DNA of 32,000 bases from an uncultured Cohaesibacter sp. (lineage in GTDB: Bacteria > Pseudomonadota > Alphaproteobacteria > Rhizobiales > Cohaesibacteraceae). The position numbers and the translations under genes were made by a program. The DNA lies in assembly GCA_963666525.1 (NCBI GenBank), contig OY762905.1:1483331-1515330 (forward strand). The letters are read 5' to 3'. Below the pieces are notes generated by a model that saw only the letters and a list, made by a program, of their open reading frames with translations, did not search any database and was not told where the DNA came from. Position 1 is the first letter of the stretch. The number at the start of each line of letters is the position of its first letter. Shown here in pieces: positions 16,126 to 25,919 of this stretch.

Positions 16126-17949
16126 ATGGCACCACCACTCCTTCATCTTCAGGACATTCATCTGGCTATCGGAGGACAGGCCCTGTTGGCCGGTGCCGAA
16201 CTGGCCGTCCATGAAGGAGATTCCATCGCGCTTGTCGGCCGCAACGGATCGGGCAAGTCCACCCTTCTGAAGATCGCTGCCGCGCTGGTCGAACCAGACC
16301 ATGGTGAACGCTTCTTCCAGCCGGGCACCACCCTGCGCTATCTGCCTCAGGAACCGGACCTTTCGGCTTTTGACACTGTGCTCGACTATGTCGAGGAGGG
16401 ACTGGCCCCGGGCGATGCCCACTATCGGGCGCAGTATCTGCTCGAGGAAATGGGATTGACCGGCAAGGAAAATCCGCGCGAGATTTCCGGTGGCGAAGCC
16501 CGCCGCGCAGCGATTGCCCGCGTTCTGGCCCCAGAACCCGATATCCTGCTGCTGGACGAGCCGACCAACCATCTCGACCTGCCCGCCATTGAATGGCTGG
16601 AAAGCGAACTGAAGCAGATCCGCTCGGCCAAGGTGATCATCAGCCACGACCGCCGGTTCCTTGAAAATCTCACCCGCAACGTGGTCTGGATCGATCGTGG
16701 CACCGCCCGCCGCTCATCGCAGGGCTTTGCCAGTTTCGAGGCATGGCGTGATGATATCTTCGAACAGGAGCGCATTGAAGAGCAGAAACTCAAGCAGAAG
16801 ATCCTCGCCGAAGAGGACTGGATCCGCTATGGCGTCACGGCACGGCGCAAGCGCAACGTCCGCCGCCTCGGCGAACTGGGCACCCTGCGCGAGAAGAAGC
16901 AGCAGATGGCGCAGAACCGCCCGCAGGGCGACGTGCGCATGAGCGCCACTGAGGGCGAAAGCTCCGGCAAGTCGGTCATCAAGGCAAAACACATCTCCAA
17001 GAGTTTCGATGGCCGGACCATCGTCAAGGATTTCTCGATGGAGATCCTGCGCGGTGACCGTATCGGCATCGTCGGACCGAACGGGGCCGGCAAGTCGACG
17101 CTCATCAACCTGCTGACCGAAGGCCTCGAGCCCGACAGCGGAACGGTCGTGCTGGGCACCAATCTGCAGATGGTGACCCTCGACCAGAAACGCGAAAGTC
17201 TCAATCCCAACTGGACCCTCAAGGAAGCCCTGACCACCCACAGTGGCGACATGGTACAGGTCGGCGACAGCCACCGCCATGTTGTCGGCTACATGAAGGA
17301 TTTCCTGTTCCGCCCGGAACAGGCCCGTAGCCCGATCTCGGTGCTGTCAGGCGGCGAACGCGGCCGCCTCATGCTGGCCCGCGCCCTTGCCAAGCCCTCG
17401 AACTTTCTGGTGCTTGACGAGCCGACCAACGACCTCGATCTGGAAACCCTCGATCTGCTACAGGAAGTCATCAACGACTATACCGGCACCGTGTTGCTGG
17501 TCAGCCACGACCGTGACTTCCTCGACCGGCTCTGCACCACCACCCTCTATGCCGAGGGGGATGGTCGCTGGACCGAATATGCCGGCGGCTATACCGACAT
17601 GATCGCCCAGCGCGGCAGCGGCGTCACCGCCCGCAAAACCGGCCGCAAGGACAAGCCAGGCAAAGCCGCCGACGCCCCATCCGACCGCCCAAGCGCTCCG
17701 AAGCAGCAGAAGGGCCTGACCTTCAAGGACAAGCACCTGCTGGAAACCCTTCCTGCCAAAATGGAAGAAATTCAGGGCAAGATCGACCGACTGCACGCCC
17801 GCCTCGAAGACCCGGACCTCTTCACCAAGGACCCGGAAACCTTCAACAAGGCAGCAAAGGCCCTTGAGGCACAGGAAGAGCTGCTGGCCAAGGCCGAGGA
17901 GAAGTGGCTGGAGCTGGAAATCCTGCAGGAAGAGCTCGGCGAGAGCTAG
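16126..17949 (+). CDS. uup: ABC-F family ATPase (Uup-like), two ABC domains plus C-terminal coiled coil
   Basis: Walker A GRNGSGKST and GPNGAGKST, signatures ISGGEARR and LSGGERGR, Walker B LLLDEPTNHLD and LVLDEPTNDLD, basic linker, C-terminal coiled coil. No transmembrane domain. Confidence 0.88.
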   Translation: MAPPLLHLQDIHLAIGGQALLAGAELAVHEGDSIALVGRNGSGKSTLLKIAAALVEPDHGERFFQPGTTLRYLPQEPDLSAFDTVLDYVEEGLAPGDAHYRAQYLLEEMGLTGKENPREISGGEARRAAIARVLAPEPDILLLDEPTNHLDLPAIEWLESELKQIRSAKVIISHDRRFLENLTRNVVWIDRGTARRSSQGFASFEAWRDDIFEQERIEEQKLKQKILAEEDWIRYGVTARRKRNVRRLGELGTLREKKQQMAQNRPQGDVRMSATEGESSGKSVIKAKHISKSFDGRTIVKDFSMEILRGDRIGIVGPNGAGKSTLINLLTEGLEPDSGTVVLGTNLQMVTLDQKRESLNPNWTLKEALTTHSGDMVQVGDSHRHVVGYMKDFLFRPEQARSPISVLSGGERGRLMLARALAKPSNFLVLDEPTNDLDLETLDLLQEVINDYTGTVLLVSHDRDFLDRLCTTTLYAEGDGRWTEYAGGYTDMIAQRGSGVTARKTGRKDKPGKAADAPSDRPSAPKQQKGLTFKDKHLLETLPAKMEEIQGKIDRLHARLEDPDLFTKDPETFNKAAKALEAQEELLAKAEEKWLELEILQEELGES

Positions 17950-18111
17950 CCCCGCTGCCTGCCGCTTTTTTGATGGAAATTTGCCCCTCTTTCGCCTATG
18001 GTCCGGCCCAAATCGGATCCCTTTCGCGATTGATCGCGCCCGCCCTCAGGAGCTGGCGCTGAGCATCGCCTGAAAACCAGCCGCTCGTCCGGCAAGAAAG
18101 ACAAGAAATCA

Positions 18112-19698
18112 ATGCCTGCATCTCATGAAATCCGTCGCACCTTTGCGATCATCTCGCACCCCGACGCCGGTAAGACCACTCTTACCGAAAAGCTGCTCTA
18201 TTTCGGCGGCGCCATCCGTATGGCCGGTCAGGTCAAGGCGCGCGGTGAAAAACGCCGCGCCAAGTCGGACTGGATGAAGATCGAACAGGAACGCGGCATC
18301 TCGGTCACCTCCTCGGTGATGACCTTCGAACACAAGGACCTGATCTTCAACCTGCTCGATACGCCGGGCCACGAAGACTTCTCCGAAGACACCTATCGCA
18401 CGCTGACCGCCGTTGACAGCGCCATCATGGTGATTGACGCCTCCAAGGGTATCGAGGCCCAGACGCTGAAGCTGTTCGAGGTCTGTCGCCTAAGGGACAT
18501 TCCCATTATCACGCTGGTCAACAAATGCGACCGCGAGGCGAAGGATCCATTCGAACTGCTCGACGAGATTCAAGAGACCCTTGCGCTCGACGTTGCCCCG
18601 CTGGTGCTGCCGATCGGCTCCGGTTCGACCTTCCATGGCTGCTTCAACGTCACCAATGGCGAATATTACACCGCTGCCCACAAGGGAGAGGCGTTTGACC
18701 GGATCGTCGAAACCTCGGGCATCGATGATCCAAAACTTGACGAACTGGTCGATGGCCAGTTGCTGGAAGAATGCCGGGAGATGGTCGAGCTGGCCACCGT
18801 CGGCTATTCCGAATTTGATCTGGAAAGCTATCGCGAAGGCCATCTTTCGCCGGTCATCTTCGGCTCGGCGCTCAAGGACTTCGGCCCCACCGCCCTGCTC
18901 GACCTCATTGCCGAGATTGCACCGGCGCCACGCCCCTCACCGGCCACCACCCGCACGGTAAAGCCGGACGAGAAGAAGGTTTCCGGCTTTGTCTTCAAGG
19001 TGCAGGCCAACATGGATTCCAACCATCGCGACCGTGTGGCCTTCATGCGCATCTGCTCGGGCGACTTCAAGCGCGGCATGAAGCTGCGCCAGATCCGCAC
19101 CGGCAAGGACGTGATGGTCCACAGCCCGATCATGTTCTTCGCCCAGGATCGCGAGATTGCGGACGAGGCAGGCCCGGGAGATGTCATCGGCATCCCGAAC
19201 CACGGCACCATTCGCGTCGGCGACACCTTCACCGAAGGCGAGCACCTGCAGTTCACAGGCCTTCCCGCCTTTGCGCCGGAAGTGTTGCGCCGTGTGCGTC
19301 TGCCGGACGGGACCAAGGTCAAACAGCTGCGTCGCGCGCTTGAGGATCTGGCAGAAGAAGGCCTCACCCAGGTGTTCAAGCCCAACATCGGCTCCAACTG
19401 GATCATCGGCCTCGTCGGCATCCTGCAGCTCGACGTGCTGAAATCCCGTGCCAAGGCCGAATATGGCGTTGACATCGACTTCGAGCCGATCACCTACAAC
19501 ATGGCCGTCTGGGTCAAGTGTGACGATCCGGTCAAGATGAAGGCCTTCATGTCAGCCAACGTCAACAACATCGTCCATGACCGCGAAGGCAGCCCGGTTT
19601 TCCTTGCCAAGAGCCAGTGGGAAATCGACTTCACCAAGGAACGCCACCCGGCCATCACCTTCATGAAGACGCGCGAGCTGATCCAGGCAGAAGCCTGA
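18112..19698 (+). CDS. prfC: Peptide chain release factor 3 (translational GTPase)
   Basis: RRTFAIISHPDAGKTTLTEKLLYFGGAI, SDWMKIEQERGISV, LLDTPGHEDF, NKCDRE. 528 aa, colinear with RF3. Confidence 0.96.
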   Translation: MPASHEIRRTFAIISHPDAGKTTLTEKLLYFGGAIRMAGQVKARGEKRRAKSDWMKIEQERGISVTSSVMTFEHKDLIFNLLDTPGHEDFSEDTYRTLTAVDSAIMVIDASKGIEAQTLKLFEVCRLRDIPIITLVNKCDREAKDPFELLDEIQETLALDVAPLVLPIGSGSTFHGCFNVTNGEYYTAAHKGEAFDRIVETSGIDDPKLDELVDGQLLEECREMVELATVGYSEFDLESYREGHLSPVIFGSALKDFGPTALLDLIAEIAPAPRPSPATTRTVKPDEKKVSGFVFKVQANMDSNHRDRVAFMRICSGDFKRGMKLRQIRTGKDVMVHSPIMFFAQDREIADEAGPGDVIGIPNHGTIRVGDTFTEGEHLQFTGLPAFAPEVLRRVRLPDGTKVKQLRRALEDLAEEGLTQVFKPNIGSNWIIGLVGILQLDVLKSRAKAEYGVDIDFEPITYNMAVWVKCDDPVKMKAFMSANVNNIVHDREGSPVFLAKSQWEIDFTKERHPAITFMKTRELIQAEA

Positions 19699-19731
19699 TT
19701 GCGGATCTGGCCAATCGGCCTTGATGGAATG

Positions 19732-19764
19732 AAAAAACCCGGCCCCAAAGGGAGCCGGGTTTTC
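19732..19764. terminator. Bidirectional intrinsic terminator between convergent prfC and the PG-binding protein gene
   Basis: AAAAAACCCGGC-CCCAAAGGGA-GCCGGGTTTT. The stem is flanked by an A-run and a T-run. A second small hairpin, GCCTGC-TGTTG-GCAGGC, lies at 19772-19788. Confidence 0.85.
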
Positions 19765-19809
19765 CATGTCGGCCTGCTGTTGGCAGGCGATCAAACGGAA
19801 CAACGGACC

Positions 19810-21003
19810 TCAGAAAGTGAGGGCGTTGTTGACCTTGTTCAGCTTCTTCTCTTCCAGTGTGGCAAAATCCTGCTGGACATAGGTGCCCTTGAACATCACC
19901 ACCCGAACGTCATAACCGCCGGAAATTTCGGCAACATTCGCCTTGTAGAAGATGTCGCAGGTATCGATCATGCCACGCAGCCAGTCTGATGGTTCCTGAT
20001 CGGGATTGTCACGGGCGATTTCCAGACGATCGAGGAAATTCTCCACATCCGACATCTTGGCCATCTTCAGCGCGCAATTGGCATTGTCGCTGATCACCCG
20101 GTTGGGCGCAGCCGTCAGTTCGGGATAGGATTCCGCCAGCTTGCCTTCGATGACTGATTTCTCGACATCGACCATCAGTTTGGTATCCGAGTCCATCATG
20201 TAGATCGGCTGACCGTCCAGATCCATGCTGCGCGCCAGTTTGAAGCGTTTGGACACGCCATCCTGATCGCTGGAGCATGTCACGATCTCGCCGGTACCGG
20301 AGCAACTGGTATAGCCGTTTTCCGTCAGGATCGTGCGGGCATGGTCATAGCTCTGGCCCAGCGTGATGCCGAAGAAGGCCGGAGCCCCCTTGCTGAAGGA
20401 AAGCGTGGTGTTGGCACCGGTCAAGGGCTTGATCGGCGTTGACGGGGTGCTCGGCGCAGGGTCGTTGCTGACAACCTCAGGCTCATCCGCCATGCCATCA
20501 TCCGAAGCACTGGCGGCAGTGTCGTTGCCCTGATTGAGCGGAGCAACAGTGTTGTTGGCAGCCGGTGCATTCGACATCGGCGCGTTGGGAGCAGCCGGAT
20601 TGAAATGGGCCTGTTCGAATTCTGGCGAGAACAGCACACTGACCTGTTCATTGGTCAGACGCCCCGTCACCGGGAAGCCGGCCTCATACTGGAAGTCGGA
20701 AATCGCGGCCCGCGAGCGACGTCCCAGAACACCATCGGCACCGCCGGCATCATAGCCAAGATAGTTGAGGCGGGTCTGGATGTTGATGTTATAGCGGGTC
20801 TCTTCCGGCGTCTGGTAATAGCGCGGAGGAGGAGGCGGGCGGCGGACCGGATGGGAATGGGCGGCAGCCCCTCCAAGCATCAGGCCCAGGGTTCCCCCGA
20901 TAATGGCACCGGCAACAGCGTCTCCCCCGCCAGCCATGGCTGGGGATGCAACACTCACATATGAAAATCCGAGCATCAGGGCGGCAATGAGTTTTTTGTT
21001 CAT
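19810..21003 (-). CDS. Exported protein with Gly-zipper segment, poly-Pro stretch, PG_binding_1-type peptidoglycan-binding domain and an unassigned C-terminal domain
   Basis: From the ATG at 21003 (GGAG upstream): signal peptide MNKKLIAALMLGFSYVSVASPAMA, then GGGDAVAGAIIGGTLGLMLGG, RRPPPPPRYY, and the PG-binding repeat IQTRLNYLGYDAGGADGVLGRRSRAAISDFQYEAGFPVTGRL. The ORF-track start at 21195 is an extension. Confidence 0.78.
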   Translation of the reverse strand: MNKKLIAALMLGFSYVSVASPAMAGGGDAVAGAIIGGTLGLMLGGAAAHSHPVRRPPPPPRYYQTPEETRYNINIQTRLNYLGYDAGGADGVLGRRSRAAISDFQYEAGFPVTGRLTNEQVSVLFSPEFEQAHFNPAAPNAPMSNAPAANNTVAPLNQGNDTAASASDDGMADEPEVVSNDPAPSTPSTPIKPLTGANTTLSFSKGAPAFFGITLGQSYDHARTILTENGYTSCSGTGEIVTCSSDQDGVSKRFKLARSMDLDGQPIYMMDSDTKLMVDVEKSVIEGKLAESYPELTAAPNRVISDNANCALKMAKMSDVENFLDRLEIARDNPDQEPSDWLRGMIDTCDIFYKANVAEISGGYDVRVVMFKGTYVQQDFATLEEKKLNKVNNALTF

Positions 21004-21143
21004 AATCAGTCTCCAGCGAGCGACATAGCCCCCAAACGGAAGCGCAATCTGGTTTTGGGAGCTTAACGCGAAAAGTCTGAAACAAGAATAGGGTTTATTG
21101 TACAGATGCATTTCCACGCATTTATGCATAACAAGCTCATAGC

Positions 21144-21172
21144 AAAAAAGCCCGCCATTTCCGTGGCGGGCT
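21144..21172 (-). terminator. Intrinsic terminator of ilvD
   Basis: Minus strand: GCCCGCC-ACGGAAAT-GGCGGGC followed by TTTTTT. Confidence 0.85.
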
Positions 21173-21229
21173 CTAAATTTCTTGCATTTTGACAAGTCCT
21201 GGGCATACGCCCCGGATCATCGGGAACGA

Positions 21230-23083
21230 TCAGTCGATGCGCTTGATCCCGGTAAGGTCGCGAACAGCGCCCTTGTCGGCCGAAGTGGCCATCAAGGCAT
21301 AGGCCTGCAGCGAGCGGGAGACGATGCGCTCGCGCTTCTCGGCGGGTTTCCAGCCATCGGCCCCCTTGGCATTCATCGCCGCGCGACGGTCCGCCAGCAC
21401 GGCATCGGTAACGGCAACATTCATCGAACGGTTCGGAATATCGATCTCGATGATATCCCCCTCCTCGATAAGGCCAATGGCGCCACCAGCAGCCGCTTCC
21501 GGAGAAACGTGACCGATCGACAGCCCCGAAGTACCACCGGAGAAGCGGCCATCGGTGATCAACGCGCATTCCTTGCCCAGCCCCATGGACTTGAGATAGG
21601 AGGTCGGATAGAGCATTTCCTGCATGCCCGGGCCGCCACGCGGCCCTTCGTAGCGGATGATGACCACGTCACCAGACTGGATCTTGCCACCGATGATGCC
21701 TTTCACGGCAGCTTCCTGGCTTTCAAAAATGCGGGCCGGGCCGGAGAATTTCAGAATGCTCTCGTCAACACCGGCAGTCTTCACGATGCAGCCGTCAAGG
21801 GCGATGTTGCCGAACAGAACGGCCAGACCGCCGTCCTGGCTGTAGGCATGTTCCTTGTCGCGGATACAGCCCGTGGCACGATCCTTGTCCAGTTCCTTGT
21901 AGCGGCTGGCCTGCGAGAAGGCCTCGATGGAGCGAACCCCACCTGGTGCCGCCTTGTAGAGCTGTTCGACAGCAGCACTGGGCGCCCCCATGATGTCGTA
22001 GGCATCAATGGCTTCACCGAGCGTCTTGGCATGCACCGTCGTGCAGTCGCGATGGATGAGACCGGCCCGATCCAGCTCGGCCAGAATGCCGAAAATGCCA
22101 CCGGCGCGGTTGCAGTCCTCGACGTGAAATTTCTGGGTCATCGGAGCCAGCTTGCAGACGTTCGGCACGATCCGCGACAGCCGGTCAATGTCCGCCATGG
22201 TGAAGTCGACTTCGCCTTCCTGCGCGATGGCCAGCAGATGCAGCACCGTATTGGTGGAGCCGCCCATGGCGATATCAAGTGTCATGGCATTCTCGAACGC
22301 CTTGAAGGTGGCAATGTTGCGCGGCAGGACGCTGGCGTCCTCTTCCTTGTAATAGCGCTTGCACATCTCCACCGCCTTGCGACCGGCTTCAAGGAACAGC
22401 TCCTTGCGGTCCGCATGGGTGGCAACAATCGTGCCGTTGCCCGGCAGCGCAAAGCCAAGGGATTCGGCCAGGCAGTTCATCGAGTTGGCGGTGAACATAC
22501 CCGAGCATGACCCACAGGTCGGACAGGCGAATTCCTCAACCTTCTGAACCACTTCATCGGAAACCTGCGGATCGGCACCCATGATCATCGCATCGATGAG
22601 GTCGAGCTTGTGGTCGACGCCCTCAACCTTGCCCGCTTCCATCGGCCCACCGGAAACAAATACGGCCGGGATGTTGAGCCGCATGGCCGCCATCATCATG
22701 CCCGGGGTGATCTTGTCGCAGTTGGAGATGCAGACCATGGCGTCAACGCAGTGGGCATTGACCATATATTCAACGGAATCGGCAATGATCTCGCGGGACG
22801 GCAGCGAATAGAGCATGCCGTCATGACCCATGGCGATGCCATCATCAACTGCGATGGTGTTCATTTCCTTGGCAATGCCACCGGCGGCCTCGATTTCGCG
22901 CGCCACCATCTGCCCCAGATCCTTCAGATGCACATGTCCCGGCACAAACTGGGTGAAGGAGTTGACCACCGCGATAATCGGCTTGCCAAAATCCTCATTT
23001 GCGACGCCGGTCGCACGCCAAAGCGCACGGGCACCAGCCATGTTGCGGCCATGGGTCGAAGTCTTGGAACGATAGTCTGGCAT
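21230..23083 (-). CDS. ilvD: Dihydroxy-acid dehydratase
   Basis: [26 protein letters not shown]..., [51 protein letters not shown]. 617 aa from the ATG at 23083. The ORF-track start at 23176 is an extension. Confidence 0.97.
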   Translation of the reverse strand: MPDYRSKTSTHGRNMAGARALWRATGVANEDFGKPIIAVVNSFTQFVPGHVHLKDLGQMVAREIEAAGGIAKEMNTIAVDDGIAMGHDGMLYSLPSREIIADSVEYMVNAHCVDAMVCISNCDKITPGMMMAAMRLNIPAVFVSGGPMEAGKVEGVDHKLDLIDAMIMGADPQVSDEVVQKVEEFACPTCGSCSGMFTANSMNCLAESLGFALPGNGTIVATHADRKELFLEAGRKAVEMCKRYYKEEDASVLPRNIATFKAFENAMTLDIAMGGSTNTVLHLLAIAQEGEVDFTMADIDRLSRIVPNVCKLAPMTQKFHVEDCNRAGGIFGILAELDRAGLIHRDCTTVHAKTLGEAIDAYDIMGAPSAAVEQLYKAAPGGVRSIEAFSQASRYKELDKDRATGCIRDKEHAYSQDGGLAVLFGNIALDGCIVKTAGVDESILKFSGPARIFESQEAAVKGIIGGKIQSGDVVIIRYEGPRGGPGMQEMLYPTSYLKSMGLGKECALITDGRFSGGTSGLSIGHVSPEAAAGGAIGLIEEGDIIEIDIPNRSMNVAVTDAVLADRRAAMNAKGADGWKPAEKRERIVSRSLQAYALMATSADKGAVRDLTGIKRID

Positions 23084-23726
23084 TATAAAGTCCTTTAGAG
23101 GGAAAATGGCACATATCGGTCGATGAAAAGGATCAGCATGTGCAAATTCACTGCACCGCACATCAGGCGGGTGCAATCGGGTGCCTTCTGTTTAAACCAA
23201 ACCCGAAAGGGCTGACAATAGCATTTCTTTCAAAATCTGTATCATTCACGCACAATTTGAAAAGATACGCGCGCGAATGCCGACAACCGACAGGGGTCAC
23301 CGACATGACCCGCAACAGCATCCACCTTGCGCCGATGTTTTCAGGATTGCTCTCCCTGAGCGAGAAATCCTCCCCCCAACCCTTTGTATCCGGTTCAAGG
23401 AGCAGGATCCTTGCCGCGCCATTCCAGCTCCGGGCAGCCTCGATGTCCGCCTGATCGGTGAAATCAGCAGAAGGCGTCCGGAAACAGCTTCAGGACTCCC
23501 ATGACAGCTCTTCTGGGGTTCTATGGTATTTTGTTTTTCCATACCTACATATCTCAATGAATACGGGACTGAACAGCGGGACGCGTCGAGCCTTGCCGAC
23601 GAATAGGGAACACTGTACAGCCGCTTGAAATATGATATGTGTTATATTCGAAATTTCACTTGCACTACCCTAGGCTTTCGGCCATATGCAGGCAACCAAG
23701 TGCAGTGTTGGCACGACACGGATAGA

Positions 23727-23750
23727 GGCCCGAAAGCGGGCTGTTTTTTC
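23727..23750 (+). terminator. Terminator-like hairpin plus T6 run directly upstream of the speA RBS (candidate attenuator)
   Basis: GGCCCG-AAAG-CGGGCT stem (23727/8-23741/2) followed by TTTTTT (23744-23749). The RBS AAGAGGA at 23754-23760 and the speA TTG at 23768 follow directly. Confidence 0.45.
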
Positions 23751-23767
23751 ATCAAGAGGACAGGCGA

Positions 23768-25672
23768 TTGAGCGACACGGAACAAGAAGCTCCTTGTGCA
23801 ATCTATGGCATTGAACGCTGGGGTAATGATCGTTTCAAAGTGCTGGAAAACGGCAACATCGGTCTCATCACGCAACACGACACAGGGGCGACAACGACCG
23901 ACCTGACGTCCATCTTGCATTCGCTGGAAGAACGCGGCATTGCATCGCCCATTCTTCTGCGCGTTGCCAACAGTCTGAAAAGCCAGATCGACCGTATCAA
24001 CACCAGTTTCGCCAACGCGATCAAGGAACTGAAGTATCAGGCCTGCTATCGCGGCGTATTCCCGGTCAAGGTGAACCAGCAGGCGCACGTGATCGAGAAG
24101 ATCGTCGAATATGGTGCCCCCCACAATTTCGGTCTCGAGGTTGGTTCCAAGCCGGAGCTGATCATCGCTCTTGGCCAGCGCCTGTCCAAGGATGCGTTGC
24201 TGATCTGCAATGGCATCAAGGACAGCGAGTTCATCAACCTTGCCCTTCTGTCGCGCAAACTCGGCTTCAACACGATCATTGTTCTGGAGAGCAAGTCCGA
24301 GCTTGATCTGGTTCTTGAGGAATCCAAGAAGCTGAAGATCCGTCCGCTGCTGGGTATCCGGATCAAGCTCAACAACCGCATCACCGGCAACTGGGCGTCC
24401 TCCTCGGGCGACCGCTCGGCCTTTGGCCTGTCCTCACCGGACGTGCTGCATGTGATCGACCGCTTGAAGGATGAAGGCTATCTGGACTGCCTGCAGCTGC
24501 AGCATTTCCATCTGGGCAGCCAGGTTCCGGACATTCTCGACGTGCGCCGGTCTGCCGCCGAGGCATGCCGCTTCTTTGTCGAATTGCGCAAGGAAGGCGC
24601 TCCGCTCAACTATATCGATCTGGGTGGCGGCCTGGGTATCGACTATACCGGCGAGCACAAGTCGACCGAAAACTCCATCAACTACTCCACCGACGAATAT
24701 TGCTACAGCATCGTCGAGGCCGTGATGAACACGATGGATGATGCCGGTCAGAAGCACCCGACCATCGTGACGGAAAGCGGTCGCGCAACCGTTGCCTACA
24801 GCTCGATGCTGCTTTTCAACATCATCGACGTCACCCACTACGAGGAAGACACCTCGGTCGAGGTGACAGAGGACGACAACCGCTCCATCCGCGACATGCG
24901 TGACGTTCAGAGCTATCTGACCCCAAGCCGTCTGCAGGAATGTCTCAACGACGTGACCTTCTATCGCGACGAGGTACGCCGCAACTTTGGACGCGGCGAG
25001 GTTGGTCTGCGTGATCTGGCCAAGGCTGAGAAGCTCTATCTCAACCTGCTCGCCAGAATGCGCAAGGCAACCGAATCGGACGAATGGGTATCGGACGACG
25101 TTCTCTCGGCACTGGAGTCGGCTGCCGATATCTATCACGCCAACTTCTCGCTGTTTCAGTCGCTGCCGGACGTATGGGCCATTGATCAGCTGCATCCGAT
25201 CATTCCAATCCAGCGCCTCAACGAGACTCCGACCCATCGGGCCATCCTCAGCGACATCACCTGCGACAGCGATGGCAAGGTCGACCAGTTCGTGTTGGCC
25301 GACGGCATTTCCCAGTCATTGCCGGTACACAAGTTGTCCGAAGACGAGCACTATTGCATGGCCGTGTTCTTTGTCGGCGCCTATCAGGAAACGCTGGGCG
25401 ACCTGCACAACCTGTTTGGCGACACCAACGTCGCGACCATCGAGATCAAGCCGAACGGCGATTTCAACCTCATCCACGAAGTGGAAGGGGACACCATCTC
25501 GGAAGTGCTGAGCTATGTGGAATACAATCCGATTGCACTCTCCAACAGCTTCAAGCAGATGGTAGAGGAAGCGGTTTCCGACAAGAAGCTGACAGTGAAG
25601 GAACGCAAGGCCATCATGAGCGCCTTCAAGGAAAGCATGAACGGCTACACCTATTTCGAACATCAGAGCTGA
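23768..25672 (+). CDS. speA: Biosynthetic arginine decarboxylase (PLP-dependent)
   Basis: YGIERWGNDRFKV (compare E. coli YNIAWWGNNYYDV as I recall it), PLP-lysine motif GVFPVKVNQQAHVIEKI, GLEVGSKPEL, IDLGGGLGIDY, ITCDSDGK. The only in-frame start after the upstream stop at 23723 is TTG 23768 (or CTG 23741). Confidence 0.92.
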   Translation: MSDTEQEAPCAIYGIERWGNDRFKVLENGNIGLITQHDTGATTTDLTSILHSLEERGIASPILLRVANSLKSQIDRINTSFANAIKELKYQACYRGVFPVKVNQQAHVIEKIVEYGAPHNFGLEVGSKPELIIALGQRLSKDALLICNGIKDSEFINLALLSRKLGFNTIIVLESKSELDLVLEESKKLKIRPLLGIRIKLNNRITGNWASSSGDRSAFGLSSPDVLHVIDRLKDEGYLDCLQLQHFHLGSQVPDILDVRRSAAEACRFFVELRKEGAPLNYIDLGGGLGIDYTGEHKSTENSINYSTDEYCYSIVEAVMNTMDDAGQKHPTIVTESGRATVAYSSMLLFNIIDVTHYEEDTSVEVTEDDNRSIRDMRDVQSYLTPSRLQECLNDVTFYRDEVRRNFGRGEVGLRDLAKAEKLYLNLLARMRKATESDEWVSDDVLSALESAADIYHANFSLFQSLPDVWAIDQLHPIIPIQRLNETPTHRAILSDITCDSDGKVDQFVLADGISQSLPVHKLSEDEHYCMAVFFVGAYQETLGDLHNLFGDTNVATIEIKPNGDFNLIHEVEGDTISEVLSYVEYNPIALSNSFKQMVEEAVSDKKLTVKERKAIMSAFKESMNGYTYFEHQS

Positions 25673-25919
25673 TGACATCGGCATGGCGCCGGTTTCCAGA
25701 CCGGCGTCATCCTTTCGCCAGCAATGGCTGCCCTCACCCGATCATCTTTGGTATGGTCTGCAGGAAAGCGGATTCGTTTGAGACGAAAGCCGCCGCATGA
25801 ACCCAGCACAGATCTGGCATTGGCATTATTGAACAAGCCTTCCGCCCGGGAAGGCAACAGTCTTTATTCAGGAGCGGAGAGGCATTCCGCTCGGCCCTTT
25901 CAGAAGAAGGAAAGAACAC

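Noticed and set aside
21182-22510. 442-aa plus-strand ORF inside ilvD
   Set aside because: It is a shadow ORF antisense to a highly conserved dihydroxy-acid dehydratase, with no recognisable domain.
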